From IMG/VR virus record IMGVR_UViG_3300032092_000001: a stretch of 64,000 bases of DNA. The stretch is one strand, 5' to 3'. The position numbers and the translations under genes were made by a program. Below are positions 23,748 through 33,925 of the stretch, in pieces; the stretch's first letter is position 1; each line of letters begins with the position of its first letter. The notes beneath the pieces are model-generated. The model did no database searches. It was given only the letters and a program-made list of their open reading frames with translations, and was not told the origin of the DNA. The DNA is from a virus. Lineage: Duplodnaviria; Caudoviricetes.

Positions 23748-25014
23748 CTATTTGGAAAATATAGTATGTTTCACCATCAAACTCAACAGTATCTTCTGTA
23801 CCATCGTATGAATTAATTGTATTACCATATCCGTCAGTATCTACAACATCTTTAATTAAAGCATCCATATCAACAAAATCTTGCATATTTAGACCGTAAT
23901 CTCTAATTGTTGTTGCAGCATCATAAGTTTTATCTTCCAACAAACTTTCCACCTTTTCTTCAATCAAATTTTCAGGTATAGTTTTATCACTATCTTTTAA
24001 CTCGTCCAATTCTTCATTTAATTCGTCATATTGTTCTTGTGATAAATTTTCAGAGTCTTCCAACATTTCAGTAATCTCATCAATTCTTTCTTGGATTTGG
24101 GGGTCCGAATAAACAAAATCATCTTCATCAAAGAAATCTTCTAAATTTTCTCTAACATAATCTTCCTCGCCTTCTCTAAAATAATCTTTCAATTCTTCCT
24201 CGTCAATATGATTCTCAACGAAACTACCTCTAAATCCATCTATACCAACATCATCAATTAAGTTTTCAACAGTTTGAACTGCCGTTTTTTCAGTCGCATA
24301 TTCATCACCAACCGCCCATGTTGCACGACTCTCTCCATCACTTTCTAAAACTTTAAATGAATGTAGGGAGTAGTGTCTTCCTTCGTAGATAATATCATAA
24401 ATGTCAATACGACCTTCAATTTCTTCTATTTCAATATCAATCGCTCTAAGTTCTGTTAGATTCTCATCATCTTCCGTCTCTTTCTCTATTTGTTCTCTTC
24501 TTTCTTTTTCAGCGTAAAGGTCCTCTAATCTTTGTGTATCTTCAGGTGTTTTCTCTTCATATACAGTTGATATTAAAAAATTAAATAATGCTAACGTGCA
24601 TTTATCAACATCGGACAAATTTTCCCTTTCTTCAAAATAACCTTCTTCTCTTCTATCATTTTGAATCTCCTTTCTTCTTTGGAATTCTTGATAGATTTCT
24701 TGTTTTTTAAGAGGTGTATTATAATATGATATGTAATTAGCAATAACTCCTTGTTTAGTTCTTAGCTGACTGTAATTCGCATCAACACTACCATTAACAG
24801 TAATATTACCTAAATAAGTCGCGTCACTTGGTATTTTTACACTTCCATCAATAACAATTTGTTTTCCTTTATATTGTTTCAAATTATTAATTCTTCTTCC
24901 GTCATGACCAACAAAATTCATTAACTCAATATATTTCTCAGGAGTAATGTGAACGACGTTTTCGTCAGATTCCATTATAAATTGTCTTATAATATTTTTG
25001 ATATTTTTTCTCAT
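23740..25014 (-). CDS. Acidic hypothetical protein (424 aa), putative head-packaged
   Basis: N-terminus MRKNIKNIIRQFIME; TATTTAT upstream. Confidence 0.85.
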   Translation of the reverse strand: MRKNIKNIIRQFIMESDENVVHITPEKYIELMNFVGHDGRRINNLKQYKGKQIVIDGSVKIPSDATYLGNITVNGSVDANYSQLRTKQGVIANYISYYNTPLKKQEIYQEFQRRKEIQNDRREEGYFEERENLSDVDKCTLALFNFLISTVYEEKTPEDTQRLEDLYAEKERREQIEKETEDDENLTELRAIDIEIEEIEGRIDIYDIIYEGRHYSLHSFKVLESDGESRATWAVGDEYATEKTAVQTVENLIDDVGIDGFRGSFVENHIDEEELKDYFREGEEDYVRENLEDFFDEDDFVYSDPQIQERIDEITEMLEDSENLSQEQYDELNEELDELKDSDKTIPENLIEEKVESLLEDKTYDAATTIRDYGLNMQDFVDMDALIKDVVDTDGYGNTINSYDGTEDTVEFDGETYYIFQIDG

Positions 25015-25110
25015 AATATACTCTATAAATATATTATTTTATTATTAGTTTTAATAGTAATACCAAATATAAAATATTTATGGTAAATAAACTATTAATA
25101 CTTTAAAACT

Positions 25111-25233
25111 ATGGCATGTGGATGTAAAAACAATCAAAACAAAGCTCAGTCAGATAAACCAGTACAAAAAGAGTCTTTGCAAAAAGTGATTAAAACAACT
25201 ATTGAGAAGTACTACAACAAAAATAAAAAGTAA
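25111..25233 (+). CDS. Micro-protein (40 aa) with N-terminal CGC motif
   Basis: MACGCKNNQNKAQSDKPVQKESLQKVIKTTIEKYYNKNKK; TATTTAT upstream. Confidence 0.55.
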   Translation: MACGCKNNQNKAQSDKPVQKESLQKVIKTTIEKYYNKNKK

Positions 25234-25274
25234 TATATACTTATAAGTAATAAACTAAATTAAAACATACTATT

Positions 25275-25325
25275 ATGAAAAACGGTGGTGGTAACAATGG
25301 TGGCGGATGTGGTTGTGGTAAATAA
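25275..25325 (+). CDS. Micro-peptide (16 aa) MKNGGGNNGGGCGCGK
   Basis: GC-rich coding-like island in an AT-rich spacer; followed by a terminator. Confidence 0.45.
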   Translation: MKNGGGNNGGGCGCGK

Positions 25326-25357
25326 TCAATCCTGATTTGATGATAATCTAAAGCTTT

Positions 25358-25384
25358 AAAAGGGGGAATTTTTTCCCCTTTTTT
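25358..25384 (+). terminator. Intrinsic terminator
   Basis: AAAAGGGGGAA-TTTT-TTCCCCTTTTTT. Confidence 0.65.
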
Positions 25385-25397
25385 AATATTTATAACT

Positions 25398-26498
25398 ATG
25401 ATGGAACAAGAGGAACCTAAATTATCCAGACAACAAGAAAAGTTATTATTAATATTAAATAAATTCCAAGAAGGTGATATTGATATATCATTCTTGGAAG
25501 ACTCTGTCGGTGGTTTGGAGAATTTCTTAAAATTACTAAGTAAAAATAATTTGCTCACATATATTGACCCATTCTCAAGGGATTGGGAAGATTACCAAAA
25601 TCAATTATTTTACACGTTCTATCAAAATGATACATCATTTGTTTGGACTATAGTTGATAAACTTCTTTCAGATGTTGTTAAAATTGGAGATGATTATTAT
25701 TTTGACACATCAACTGGTGACCTTGCAGGTTTTTTCAACACAAATTATCGCAGTGAAATAAGTAGGACTGGTATTGAAGATATTTTGAGTGGAGAACATA
25801 ATATGGATTTTTGGGATGTTACTGATAATGTTTATAGAGATGTATATGATGAGTTAACAAATGAAAACAAACAATTAGTTAAGGAAAGAATTGTATTAGA
25901 ACTTAGAGATATGAAAACAATCAGCTCCGATACCGAATTACTTGAAGAAATTGCTCAGGAACAGGGTCGTGATGATGTTGAATTAACTGATGAGGTCATC
26001 TCTCGTATACTTGGTGATGATGATACCGTTGAATATCTAATTAATAAGGAATTAGATTTAGATGATGTTAGAAGTGAGTTATATAGTTTATATTCAGGTT
26101 GTTATTCGGGAATATTAAGTGACGAATGGTATGGTAGTTTAATGTCTGAACTAGTTGGATTTGTAATTGACGACACCAAAAGGGATGAATATTCATACAA
26201 GAAACAAGTTTGGGGTAAAGAAGGTGAAGGTATAAAAGTTGACAAGACATTTTACGGAACAAGATACAAAGCCACAAAATGTATATATGAAGTCGTTTCA
26301 GAATGGTTAGAAGAAAACAAAAATTGTGAAGGTGGTTATTGCGATACAATTGAATATTTTGGAAGTTACGATAGACTACTCGCAGATTTAATAGATGATG
26401 GAGCTCGTGAATCATTAAGAGTTCCAAGATTAGACGAATACCCAGACCATAGGAAGGTTAATAGTTGTGTTAACGGAAATATCGGAGATTACTTTTAA
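25398..26498 (+). CDS. Acidic hypothetical protein (366 aa)
   Basis: ORF track; TATTTAT upstream. Confidence 0.85.
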   Translation: MMEQEEPKLSRQQEKLLLILNKFQEGDIDISFLEDSVGGLENFLKLLSKNNLLTYIDPFSRDWEDYQNQLFYTFYQNDTSFVWTIVDKLLSDVVKIGDDYYFDTSTGDLAGFFNTNYRSEISRTGIEDILSGEHNMDFWDVTDNVYRDVYDELTNENKQLVKERIVLELRDMKTISSDTELLEEIAQEQGRDDVELTDEVISRILGDDDTVEYLINKELDLDDVRSELYSLYSGCYSGILSDEWYGSLMSELVGFVIDDTKRDEYSYKKQVWGKEGEGIKVDKTFYGTRYKATKCIYEVVSEWLEENKNCEGGYCDTIEYFGSYDRLLADLIDDGARESLRVPRLDEYPDHRKVNSCVNGNIGDYF

Positions 26499-26554
26499 TA
26501 ATTCTAAAATTAATTTACTATTTATAGTCATTTTTTTTCCTACTAAATTTTAAC

Positions 26555-27172
26555 ATGGAAAAAATGAAAGTATCAGTTCGCCAAAATTTAGTTAACGATT
26601 TTGCCGATTATCTATGTAATTTAATTAGCGAGAATAATATACATAAAACAAAATTATCAGTAGTTGACGTTGAGAACTTCATGATAATTAAAGGTTACAC
26701 TAAAAGTTCTGAGGTAATCTCTCCAAGCAAAATATCATCAGACTTTGTAGAATCTGTTAAAGACAAATACCCAAATTTAAAATATATTAGCACGATTGAT
26801 GTAATATCATATAGTTGTGAGGAAAAAGATTTTGAAGACGAAGTAATATCATATTCCACTAAGGAAGAATCTCAAATTAATTCAGAATTGAGTATTTCAG
26901 TTTCATCAAAATTCCCTTACGGTTACTCTGACAATTATCTTAAACACGCATACAACCATCTAAAAGAAATATCTTGTAAAACTCAACCATATTTTAAATT
27001 CAGTTGGGTTGAATTAACCTGTAAACTTACCAAAACAGATTTTGAAATCACGTCAATCAAATCTGACAGTTATTATACCTCAGAAAAACTATTGTCAGTA
27101 TTGAAAGATAATTACGATGGTCCAAGTGATACAGTATTGGACGAGAGTAAACTCTTACTAAACGTAATTTAA
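26555..27172 (+). CDS. Hypothetical protein (205 aa), weak resemblance to the MetK N-terminal region
   Basis: ORF is clear; fold resemblance is by eye only. Confidence 0.7.
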   Translation: MEKMKVSVRQNLVNDFADYLCNLISENNIHKTKLSVVDVENFMIIKGYTKSSEVISPSKISSDFVESVKDKYPNLKYISTIDVISYSCEEKDFEDEVISYSTKEESQINSELSISVSSKFPYGYSDNYLKHAYNHLKEISCKTQPYFKFSWVELTCKLTKTDFEITSIKSDSYYTSEKLLSVLKDNYDGPSDTVLDESKLLLNVI

Positions 27173-27696
27173 ACTCGTTTAGAGTAACCAACTATTTGGT
27201 AAAAGTCTTTTTTACCCTCACAATATTCTTTAACTAACACCATAAGATTTCTAAACATGAAAGCATCTGGTGTTTGTTTTTCACATTTAGAGAATAACTC
27301 AATAAAGGCAGTTAATACCTGTAATGGATAATAACCCCTGTCTTCAATCATAATATGGTTCATCCAATATTTTGTCGGACATTGTAACTTGTAGTTATCT
27401 CGTTCTTCAACACTTTTAAATGGTTCACACTCATCATACATCTTAATCATATCTTCAACATATGATTTAACTCTACCCTTATCGTATTGAGCTTTAGCAA
27501 TTAAATCCACAATCCAATGGGTATGTGACGGGGTTCTTAACCGTTTACCTTCCTCCTTATACTTAACTATAAAATCTAAATCAGGACGAGCTCCTCTACT
27601 TCCCTGATAAATAGCAATTTTATATTTATTATCAATTTTCCAATATGTTAAAGGGGTGTTAACCACCCCTTTCTTTTTAAACTCTAAACTTTTCAT
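27169..27696 (-). CDS. Hypothetical protein (175 aa)
   Basis: ORF track; TATATTTG upstream. Confidence 0.8.
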   Translation of the reverse strand: MKSLEFKKKGVVNTPLTYWKIDNKYKIAIYQGSRGARPDLDFIVKYKEEGKRLRTPSHTHWIVDLIAKAQYDKGRVKSYVEDMIKMYDECEPFKSVEERDNYKLQCPTKYWMNHIMIEDRGYYPLQVLTAFIELFSKCEKQTPDAFMFRNLMVLVKEYCEGKKDFYQIVGYSKRV

Positions 27697-27708
27697 GTAA
27701 CAAATATA

Positions 27709-27978
27709 CTACAATTTTTCTTTCACAATCTCTAAAGCTTGTTCTAATCCATCAAAATCTATACTTGGAGCAAATAATTCCGCACTTTGGTTCTCAGGGT
27801 CAACAATCATAAACGATGGAACAAAGTCATTTTTTGCTTGGACGAATAAATCATGTTCTTCCCTATATTTTTCAACATCCCTATTTTTAAATTTAATGTT
27901 ATTCTCTTTCAACATTTTTTTAAAATCGGTACACCATCCGCAACCTTTTAAGGTATATACAACTAAAATTTTATTCAT
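27709..27978 (-). CDS. Glutaredoxin-like protein
   Basis: VYTLKGCGWC; FVP motif. Confidence 0.75.
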   Translation of the reverse strand: MNKILVVYTLKGCGWCTDFKKMLKENNIKFKNRDVEKYREEHDLFVQAKNDFVPSFMIVDPENQSAELFAPSIDFDGLEQALEIVKEKL

Positions 27979-27980
27979 AA

Positions 27981-28283
27981 TTAATTTAAATGTTCGTTTA
28001 TTAATTCCATAATTACGTCATGAGTTTTTAAACCAACCGTTGTATGTTTTTCAGTACCCTCTTTGAAGAACTTCATTACAGGTACACTTCTAACCCCCAA
28101 TTCTTTTGAGAATGTGATGTCACTTTCAACATCAAATTCGTATATTGGTACCTCAGTTACAACATTTTCTATCTCATAGGTAAGTTGTTTACATGGTCCA
28201 CACCATGTTGCCATCATTTTTAACAAAAAAGTTTCGTTATTATTAATTTTCTGTCTTATCTGTTCGGACGTTAATTGTTCCAT
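27981..28283 (-). CDS. Thioredoxin
   Basis: ATWCGPCK; GVRSVP. Confidence 0.9.
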   Translation of the reverse strand: MEQLTSEQIRQKINNNETFLLKMMATWCGPCKQLTYEIENVVTEVPIYEFDVESDITFSKELGVRSVPVMKFFKEGTEKHTTVGLKTHDVIMELINEHLN

Positions 28284-28608
28284 TTTTAATTTGTCGTTTT
28301 ATATTATTTATTAATAAGTCTAATTCTTTTCTATTCTCAACTGCATAGTAAGCCCTTAATTTATAAGTAGTACCATTATCTTTATTATGTAGGTACAAAT
28401 AAATTCCACTTCTAAGTTTACATATAAAATCACTAATCAACTCTCCATCAGTATAAATTTTAGATTCGGAGAAGATTATTGAGGTGTCCCTATTTTTTAA
28501 AATTTCAGGTGTTAATCCATGCCCATCAAAAATATCACTGTAAGATAAAAGAGGTTTATCATTAAGAAATTTATCTTGATGTTTAAAATCAGAATTAGAA
28601 GTCTTCAT
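28243..28608 (-). CDS. Hypothetical protein (121 aa)
   Basis: ORF track. Confidence 0.7.
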   Translation of the reverse strand: MKTSNSDFKHQDKFLNDKPLLSYSDIFDGHGLTPEILKNRDTSIIFSESKIYTDGELISDFICKLRSGIYLYLHNKDNGTTYKLRAYYAVENRKELDLLINNIKRQIKNGTINVRTDKTEN

Positions 28609-30286
28609 AAAAAGGAAGATAATTCATATCTTCATCTTTGTGAAGATTATCCCAAGTTAATTTACCATTCTCATCAAATTTCATATCAAAGTCCCGGGTC
28701 ATTACTCCTGTGATAAATTTAACAGTTGGGTTACCCCACCTTTTTAAGGTTACAGTTTTTAACCTAACATCCAAATCAAAGATAGCGTCATGCCACGTTT
28801 CATCTAATGAATAATTAAATCTTCCAAGTGTCTGAACTCTTTTGAAATGTACTGGTTGATTTTCATTAATACCAAACTTACCCAAAGTTGGTTTGTATTC
28901 AATTGATGCCCTATCACCGTTTTCTTTACGAAGTGATATAATCATTGAAGATTGATTATCTTGGTATGTTCTAACACAATTGGATTGGTTAATTGACTCA
29001 TCAACGTATTCTTCACTTGTCTGTAATAAGACCGGTGTAAAAACTCCATCATTTTTAGTAACAATAGGTCTTGATATGTAATTAACAAAATCTTCCGAGT
29101 ATTGTCTTGAGTATTTTCCTTTTGTATAAAAATCAACTTTATCTGACCACAATACGTGTTCAGCAGTAAATTCTTTTTCAGTTTTTGAGTTCCACCTAAC
29201 CGGTTCAAATTTTGATAGGGTATTAAAAAATCTAATGTGGTCGTAGAATGTGTGTGACGATATCTTTCCAAGTTTTTTTAAAAGAAGATAAATTTGATAA
29301 CAATTCTGTAAATCTCGTTTCTTAAAATTTAACAAATAATTAGTGATTGGTCCAAATGGAGAACTATTTTCACCACCATTAAAAATTAAAGATAATTCTT
29401 CTTCAGGTCTCTGTAAAATAAAATCCCTACCAAATGTACTAATTAAGTTTTTAATACTGGTGAAACAAGGGTTTTGGATTTTATGTAAAACCTTTTTAAT
29501 TTTTTCCGAATTAACATCATGAATTTTCATGTATGTGTCAACCATCTTCAACCCGTTTTTAACATAATCTTTTTTAACCGGCTTTGGGAACACTTCATAA
29601 AACCCTCTCCAATTATCAGGTTTTTTAACTCCCTGATTATCTAATACACAACCAAATAAAGAAATCGGTAATTCCCTTATACTATCACCAATTATTTCAG
29701 CACCAATTTTGTCTAAAAAAACATTAACTCCTGTGATTAATTCATAAGAATATTGTTCAGAGTCGTTAACACCATTCATAAATGTATAATACAAATCGGT
29801 CGTTAACGAAATTGGAAATGAATTTCGTCTTACAACATTAGATTTACCCTTACCTCGTTTTTTAAGGTATTCATTGTTTTTACCAACAGTAATTATTTTG
29901 GTTTTCTTATTGTAAGTAATGTAGTTTAACTTACTACTAACCCTGAAAAACACCTCACCAACCTTTCTATGTTTACCAATATAGAAAGTTTTCATAGATA
30001 CCTTATCGTCATTTTCTTCAACGACAAAAGTGCTTCTATAAAGAGTTACCTCACATAATGGATTTCCATAATTTTTCGTAAATTCATCCTCATTAGCATT
30101 TACAGATTTATCAAATGTATAAACAAAATGTTTACCATCAAAATGGTCTTTAGGGTTTGATTTACGTAATCTAAATAATGACTCAGTATCTTCCTTAAAA
30201 TCATCATTAGTCTCCCCTACCTCATTGTAGGGGAGATAATGCGCAACATAAAATTTTTGATTAACTAATTTAAACAAGTTTTCCAT
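28595..30286 (-). CDS. PcfJ-like domain protein
   Basis: C-terminal LLQTSEEYVDESINQSNCVRTY motif; start coupled to upstream stop (TAATG). Confidence 0.7.
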   Translation of the reverse strand: MENLFKLVNQKFYVAHYLPYNEVGETNDDFKEDTESLFRLRKSNPKDHFDGKHFVYTFDKSVNANEDEFTKNYGNPLCEVTLYRSTFVVEENDDKVSMKTFYIGKHRKVGEVFFRVSSKLNYITYNKKTKIITVGKNNEYLKKRGKGKSNVVRRNSFPISLTTDLYYTFMNGVNDSEQYSYELITGVNVFLDKIGAEIIGDSIRELPISLFGCVLDNQGVKKPDNWRGFYEVFPKPVKKDYVKNGLKMVDTYMKIHDVNSEKIKKVLHKIQNPCFTSIKNLISTFGRDFILQRPEEELSLIFNGGENSSPFGPITNYLLNFKKRDLQNCYQIYLLLKKLGKISSHTFYDHIRFFNTLSKFEPVRWNSKTEKEFTAEHVLWSDKVDFYTKGKYSRQYSEDFVNYISRPIVTKNDGVFTPVLLQTSEEYVDESINQSNCVRTYQDNQSSMIISLRKENGDRASIEYKPTLGKFGINENQPVHFKRVQTLGRFNYSLDETWHDAIFDLDVRLKTVTLKRWGNPTVKFITGVMTRDFDMKFDENGKLTWDNLHKDEDMNYLPFYEDF

Positions 30287-31035
30287 TAGCAATATGTTTC
30301 AGCAAGTTCCCAAAGTTTAGTGTTAATCATGTTATCCATGTTTAAGGAATTGATACCCTTCACAGTTCTAACATTACGACCTTGTTGTTTGATGAATCCA
30401 CCACGGATTAACTTCTCTTGAACAACGTTGAAGGTATTCCACAAGTTGTCTTCTCGGTCCCCATCACGAAGTGGGTTAATGATTGTCTCCAAGGTTAGAG
30501 ATGAAATGTCTTCAGTATTCTTCCAACGGATTCCAACTGCTTTAGATACGAAGTCAACTTTCTTGTCAGTATCCATTCTAACCTCCATCATACGGTCAAC
30601 TGACTTCTGAATCTTTGGAGTATTTAAAATGAATTGTTCTGTAATCAACTCAACATCGCCCATACTCAAGTTTAAGTGAGTTTGTTTCATATCTCCGAAT
30701 GTTGATACGGGAACCGTCAAACCATTACTACAGACAAGTCGGTATAAACCCGCACCAACTTGAAGAGTTGATGTTCCGTTGTGTGAGTTTGTAATTACCA
30801 CCTCTAACAATGAATCACCTACTTGTGGTAACTCTGAATTACGAAGACGAACTTGGTGTTTACCGAATGAACCTTTACCAACTTGTTTTGCTCCGCTCAC
30901 TTGCCAACCATTTTGAATGAACTTCTCAACAACATCAATGGTAGGAACCATAGTGTATCGGTCAGACAATTTTGAAAGTTTTTCTGTTTGGAAAAGTGCT
31001 GGAACGTTACCTCTTAAATCTTGTAAGTTTATCAT
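30286..31035 (-). CDS. DUF932 (DUF945) domain protein
   Basis: SDRYTMVPT, KHQVRLR, NSHNG.S, GLYRLVCSNGL, LWNTFNVVQE. Confidence 0.9.
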   Translation of the reverse strand: MINLQDLRGNVPALFQTEKLSKLSDRYTMVPTIDVVEKFIQNGWQVSGAKQVGKGSFGKHQVRLRNSELPQVGDSLLEVVITNSHNGTSTLQVGAGLYRLVCSNGLTVPVSTFGDMKQTHLNLSMGDVELITEQFILNTPKIQKSVDRMMEVRMDTDKKVDFVSKAVGIRWKNTEDISSLTLETIINPLRDGDREDNLWNTFNVVQEKLIRGGFIKQQGRNVRTVKGINSLNMDNMINTKLWELAETYC

Positions 31036-31080
31036 AGTTATTTGGGTTTTGAATTATGAGTACAAATATACATCAAAATT

Positions 31081-31380
31081 CTAATTCAACCAAATAATTC
31101 CATAATTTGTTTTGATAACAGGGACTTGGACTTCTATTTTTTCACCCTTCTTAGTTGCATCATCATACATACCAACGACAATATCAATAAGCTGTTTTTG
31201 GGTGAGTTGTAATTCCTCACCCTTATCAGCATTTTCATATACAGTTTTTCTTATTCTATCGTAGAAAGTTTCCTTCCTCATCTCGCCGATGAGGTCAATC
31301 AAATCATTTGGGTTCTTTTCAAAGAAACCAATTAGATTATTTAAATAGATTTCCGCATCAACGTTGTTCTTCATAATCAT
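31081..31380 (-). CDS. Hypothetical protein (~99 aa)
   Basis: ORF track; start moved downstream of the promoter motif at ~31392. Confidence 0.7.
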   Translation of the reverse strand: MIMKNNVDAEIYLNNLIGFFEKNPNDLIDLIGEMRKETFYDRIRKTVYENADKGEELQLTQKQLIDIVVGMYDDATKKGEKIEVQVPVIKTNYGIIWLN

Positions 31381-31419
31381 AAAATTTGGAAACAAATATA
31401 CGGAATATTTCTATTCCAA

Positions 31420-32781
31420 TTACATTACATAGTAAAATCCATCACCCTGGTCTTCAAGTTTTGAACGTAAATCTTCAGGTATATTAATATTTGGATTTCC
31501 TTGTGTTAAGTTAATGAATGTTAAGTTATCAAAATCTTTAACACATGATGGAATACTCTTCAACCCAGGGTTGTTAGGTAATGCCAACAATGTTAGATTT
31601 TTAAGATTACAAATAGATTCAGGTAACTCAGCAACACAGTTCTTCAACATTAATGCTTCCAAGTTTGTAAATCTTCCTAAACCACTCATAACTTCCGCAC
31701 CCCAGTTCAAATTATCACTTGACCTGTTTTGAATTAATAAGTGCTCAATATCTGTTGGTAATGTGTTAAACAAATCTTTTGGTCCGTAGATTGCAATAAA
31801 CTTACCAGCCGAACTATCAGGAATAGTAATCTCAACTTTGTTACCTCCTTGAGTTTTAAACCCTTTAGCAAACTCAGGTTTCAAGTATTCTGCAATTTCA
31901 TGTAATTTACCACCAGGACTCAACAACTTAACTAAGTCTTGTTGTCTATCATCTCTATCCATAAATTGGTTAGATGGGAAGTGGAATTGGTATCTTTCAA
32001 CTGGTAATCCAGTTTTTTGTCCGACTTTATCAGATTGATTTGGTAAAATAACATAAAGAGGTCCTTGTTTGATATAACCATCAAAATAAGATAAACCTGG
32101 TGATGATGTACACCATCTTGATTCACCTTTATCACTCTCATGGTAACCACCAAAGAAACAAGCTGCGTCTTTACCTAACTTACCCTTATCTTCAATCTTA
32201 ACAACAGTCCAACTTGGACCCTTGAATACCACTTCAGAACCTGGATATTGGTATGAAGATTTTGCTTCTTCTTTTTCTTGTTTAGTACCTTTAGTTTTCT
32301 CTAAACTAAAATCTTTAACTAAGTCAAACAATTGGTCTTTATCCAATTTGTTAATATCTCTCGCCTCTTGAGGTAATTGATTTTTAAATCTGTCGTATTT
32401 CTTTAAATCATTAGTTACCTTATACATGTCCTCCAAGAATAAGTCTTGGTATGATTTAACAGCCGCGGTATAAGCTCTCTTATCTTCAGGGTCTGCTTCA
32501 ATATTTGCAGGTTTTAAGAAATTCTTTAATAACCAATTAGTGTACTTACCAACCTTAACTAACTCCATATCTTCAGCAGTTAATGTGTCAATATCCTCAC
32601 CCATGTTTCTTGGGAATTTGGTGTCAGGGTCAGCGAAAATAATCGCCTTTAATGTTTCAAATGGGATTTTTCCAGCCTCTTTTTTCTTAGCTTCTGGATT
32701 TTTATCAACTAATTTGTCATACAATAACTTAAATCTTGAGTTTTCTAAGATAAGTGATGTTAAAATACTTGTAAATTTCAT
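31420..32781 (-). CDS. Leucine-rich-repeat protein, putative head-packaged
   Basis: C-terminal LEALMLKN..ELPESICNLKNLTLLALPNN..LKSIP..LTFINL; central SRWCTS motif; N-terminus MKFTSILTSLILE. Confidence 0.75.
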   Translation of the reverse strand: MKFTSILTSLILENSRFKLLYDKLVDKNPEAKKKEAGKIPFETLKAIIFADPDTKFPRNMGEDIDTLTAEDMELVKVGKYTNWLLKNFLKPANIEADPEDKRAYTAAVKSYQDLFLEDMYKVTNDLKKYDRFKNQLPQEARDINKLDKDQLFDLVKDFSLEKTKGTKQEKEEAKSSYQYPGSEVVFKGPSWTVVKIEDKGKLGKDAACFFGGYHESDKGESRWCTSSPGLSYFDGYIKQGPLYVILPNQSDKVGQKTGLPVERYQFHFPSNQFMDRDDRQQDLVKLLSPGGKLHEIAEYLKPEFAKGFKTQGGNKVEITIPDSSAGKFIAIYGPKDLFNTLPTDIEHLLIQNRSSDNLNWGAEVMSGLGRFTNLEALMLKNCVAELPESICNLKNLTLLALPNNPGLKSIPSCVKDFDNLTFINLTQGNPNINIPEDLRSKLEDQGDGFYYVM

Positions 32782-32808
32782 TTCAATCTATTTTTTTATA
32801 TAAATATA

Positions 32809-33648
32809 TCAATAATTCATTATTAATAGCTCTTCTCCCATATTTTGTGATTTACCTTTCTTTGCCGCCGCAGCTTTAGCAAATTCTTTCTTTTCCCACT
32901 TATATTCAGTTTCAGGAAACCACTCGTGCAAAAGTACAAAATCATAATAAGATAACGAAAACTTTCCTTCAATATTTTTCAACACATTTGCCAATCTTTC
33001 GTGGTCTTCTCTATCAAAATCGTGATTTGAATAATAGTTTTCAGTTTTCCAATAGGGTGGGTCAACATAAAAATATGTTGTCGGACTATCAAATTCCTTA
33101 ATCACATCTTCAAAATCACCTAATCTAAAATGAGAAATCTTATTAAAATGTTCCACCCATTCAGGTTTAGATAACTTATCTCTAAATGTAAGATATTTTG
33201 ACTTATACTTACCCTTTAAATCAATAAATGAACTTGTCTCAGGTTTTGAACCGCTGAAAACTTGGGTTAAAACATAAGCATACTTGGCAGCAACATTATA
33301 ATCAGGGTAACTAATTGTAAATCCATCAGAAAAAATCTCCTTTTGGAACTCATTAAATTGTTCTTTATATATAAGTGGGGTAACTTCTTCCCCTTGTTGT
33401 TGACAAGGAATACTATTTACCGCAGATAACAGAACTTCAGGGTTCTGAAGACACATAAACAAATTGTAGTTGAGTGGATTAAAGTCGTTATAAACAACTC
33501 TTTTAAGATTTGGATATTGTTTTAAATCCATATTAAAGAAACACCAAAACATTCCTCCGAATGTCTCAACGTATGTTTCCATATCTGTTGGGTAGAACGG
33601 AACAATCCATTTACCAATTTTACTCTTACCACCAATATAACTCAGCAT
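32809..33648 (-). CDS. D12-class (Dam-like) N6-adenine DNA methyltransferase
   Basis: SYIGGKSK, YVETFGG, YNDFN, YVDPPY. Confidence 0.88.
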   Translation of the reverse strand: MLSYIGGKSKIGKWIVPFYPTDMETYVETFGGMFWCFFNMDLKQYPNLKRVVYNDFNPLNYNLFMCLQNPEVLLSAVNSIPCQQQGEEVTPLIYKEQFNEFQKEIFSDGFTISYPDYNVAAKYAYVLTQVFSGSKPETSSFIDLKGKYKSKYLTFRDKLSKPEWVEHFNKISHFRLGDFEDVIKEFDSPTTYFYVDPPYWKTENYYSNHDFDREDHERLANVLKNIEGKFSLSYYDFVLLHEWFPETEYKWEKKEFAKAAAAKKGKSQNMGEELLIMNY

Positions 33649-33751
33649 AACTTTTTTTGTAAGTATAATAATTTTTAAGACATAAAACAACCAAAAATAT
33701 TTCCAATTTAAGAATTATTATTTAATATTACTCATATAACACATATAGAAT

Positions 33752-33925
33752 ATGAAAAACTTAAAAGATATCACCCCGACATTGATGGATAAGGATTGTG
33801 AGGGATGTAAAAAGACAAGAGCCGCAGCAATTAAATACACGATTATCGGCTCGTTTATTATTGGAACCTCAATCTACGGGATTGTAACCCTATTTAATAA
33901 GATATTAGAGATTTTTGTTAAGTAG
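33752..33925 (+). CDS. Small CxxC protein with one transmembrane segment (57 aa)
   Basis: Hand-translated MKNLKDITPTLMDKDCEGCKK...IIGSFIIGTSIYGIVTLF. Confidence 0.55.
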   Translation: MKNLKDITPTLMDKDCEGCKKTRAAAIKYTIIGSFIIGTSIYGIVTLFNKILEIFVK

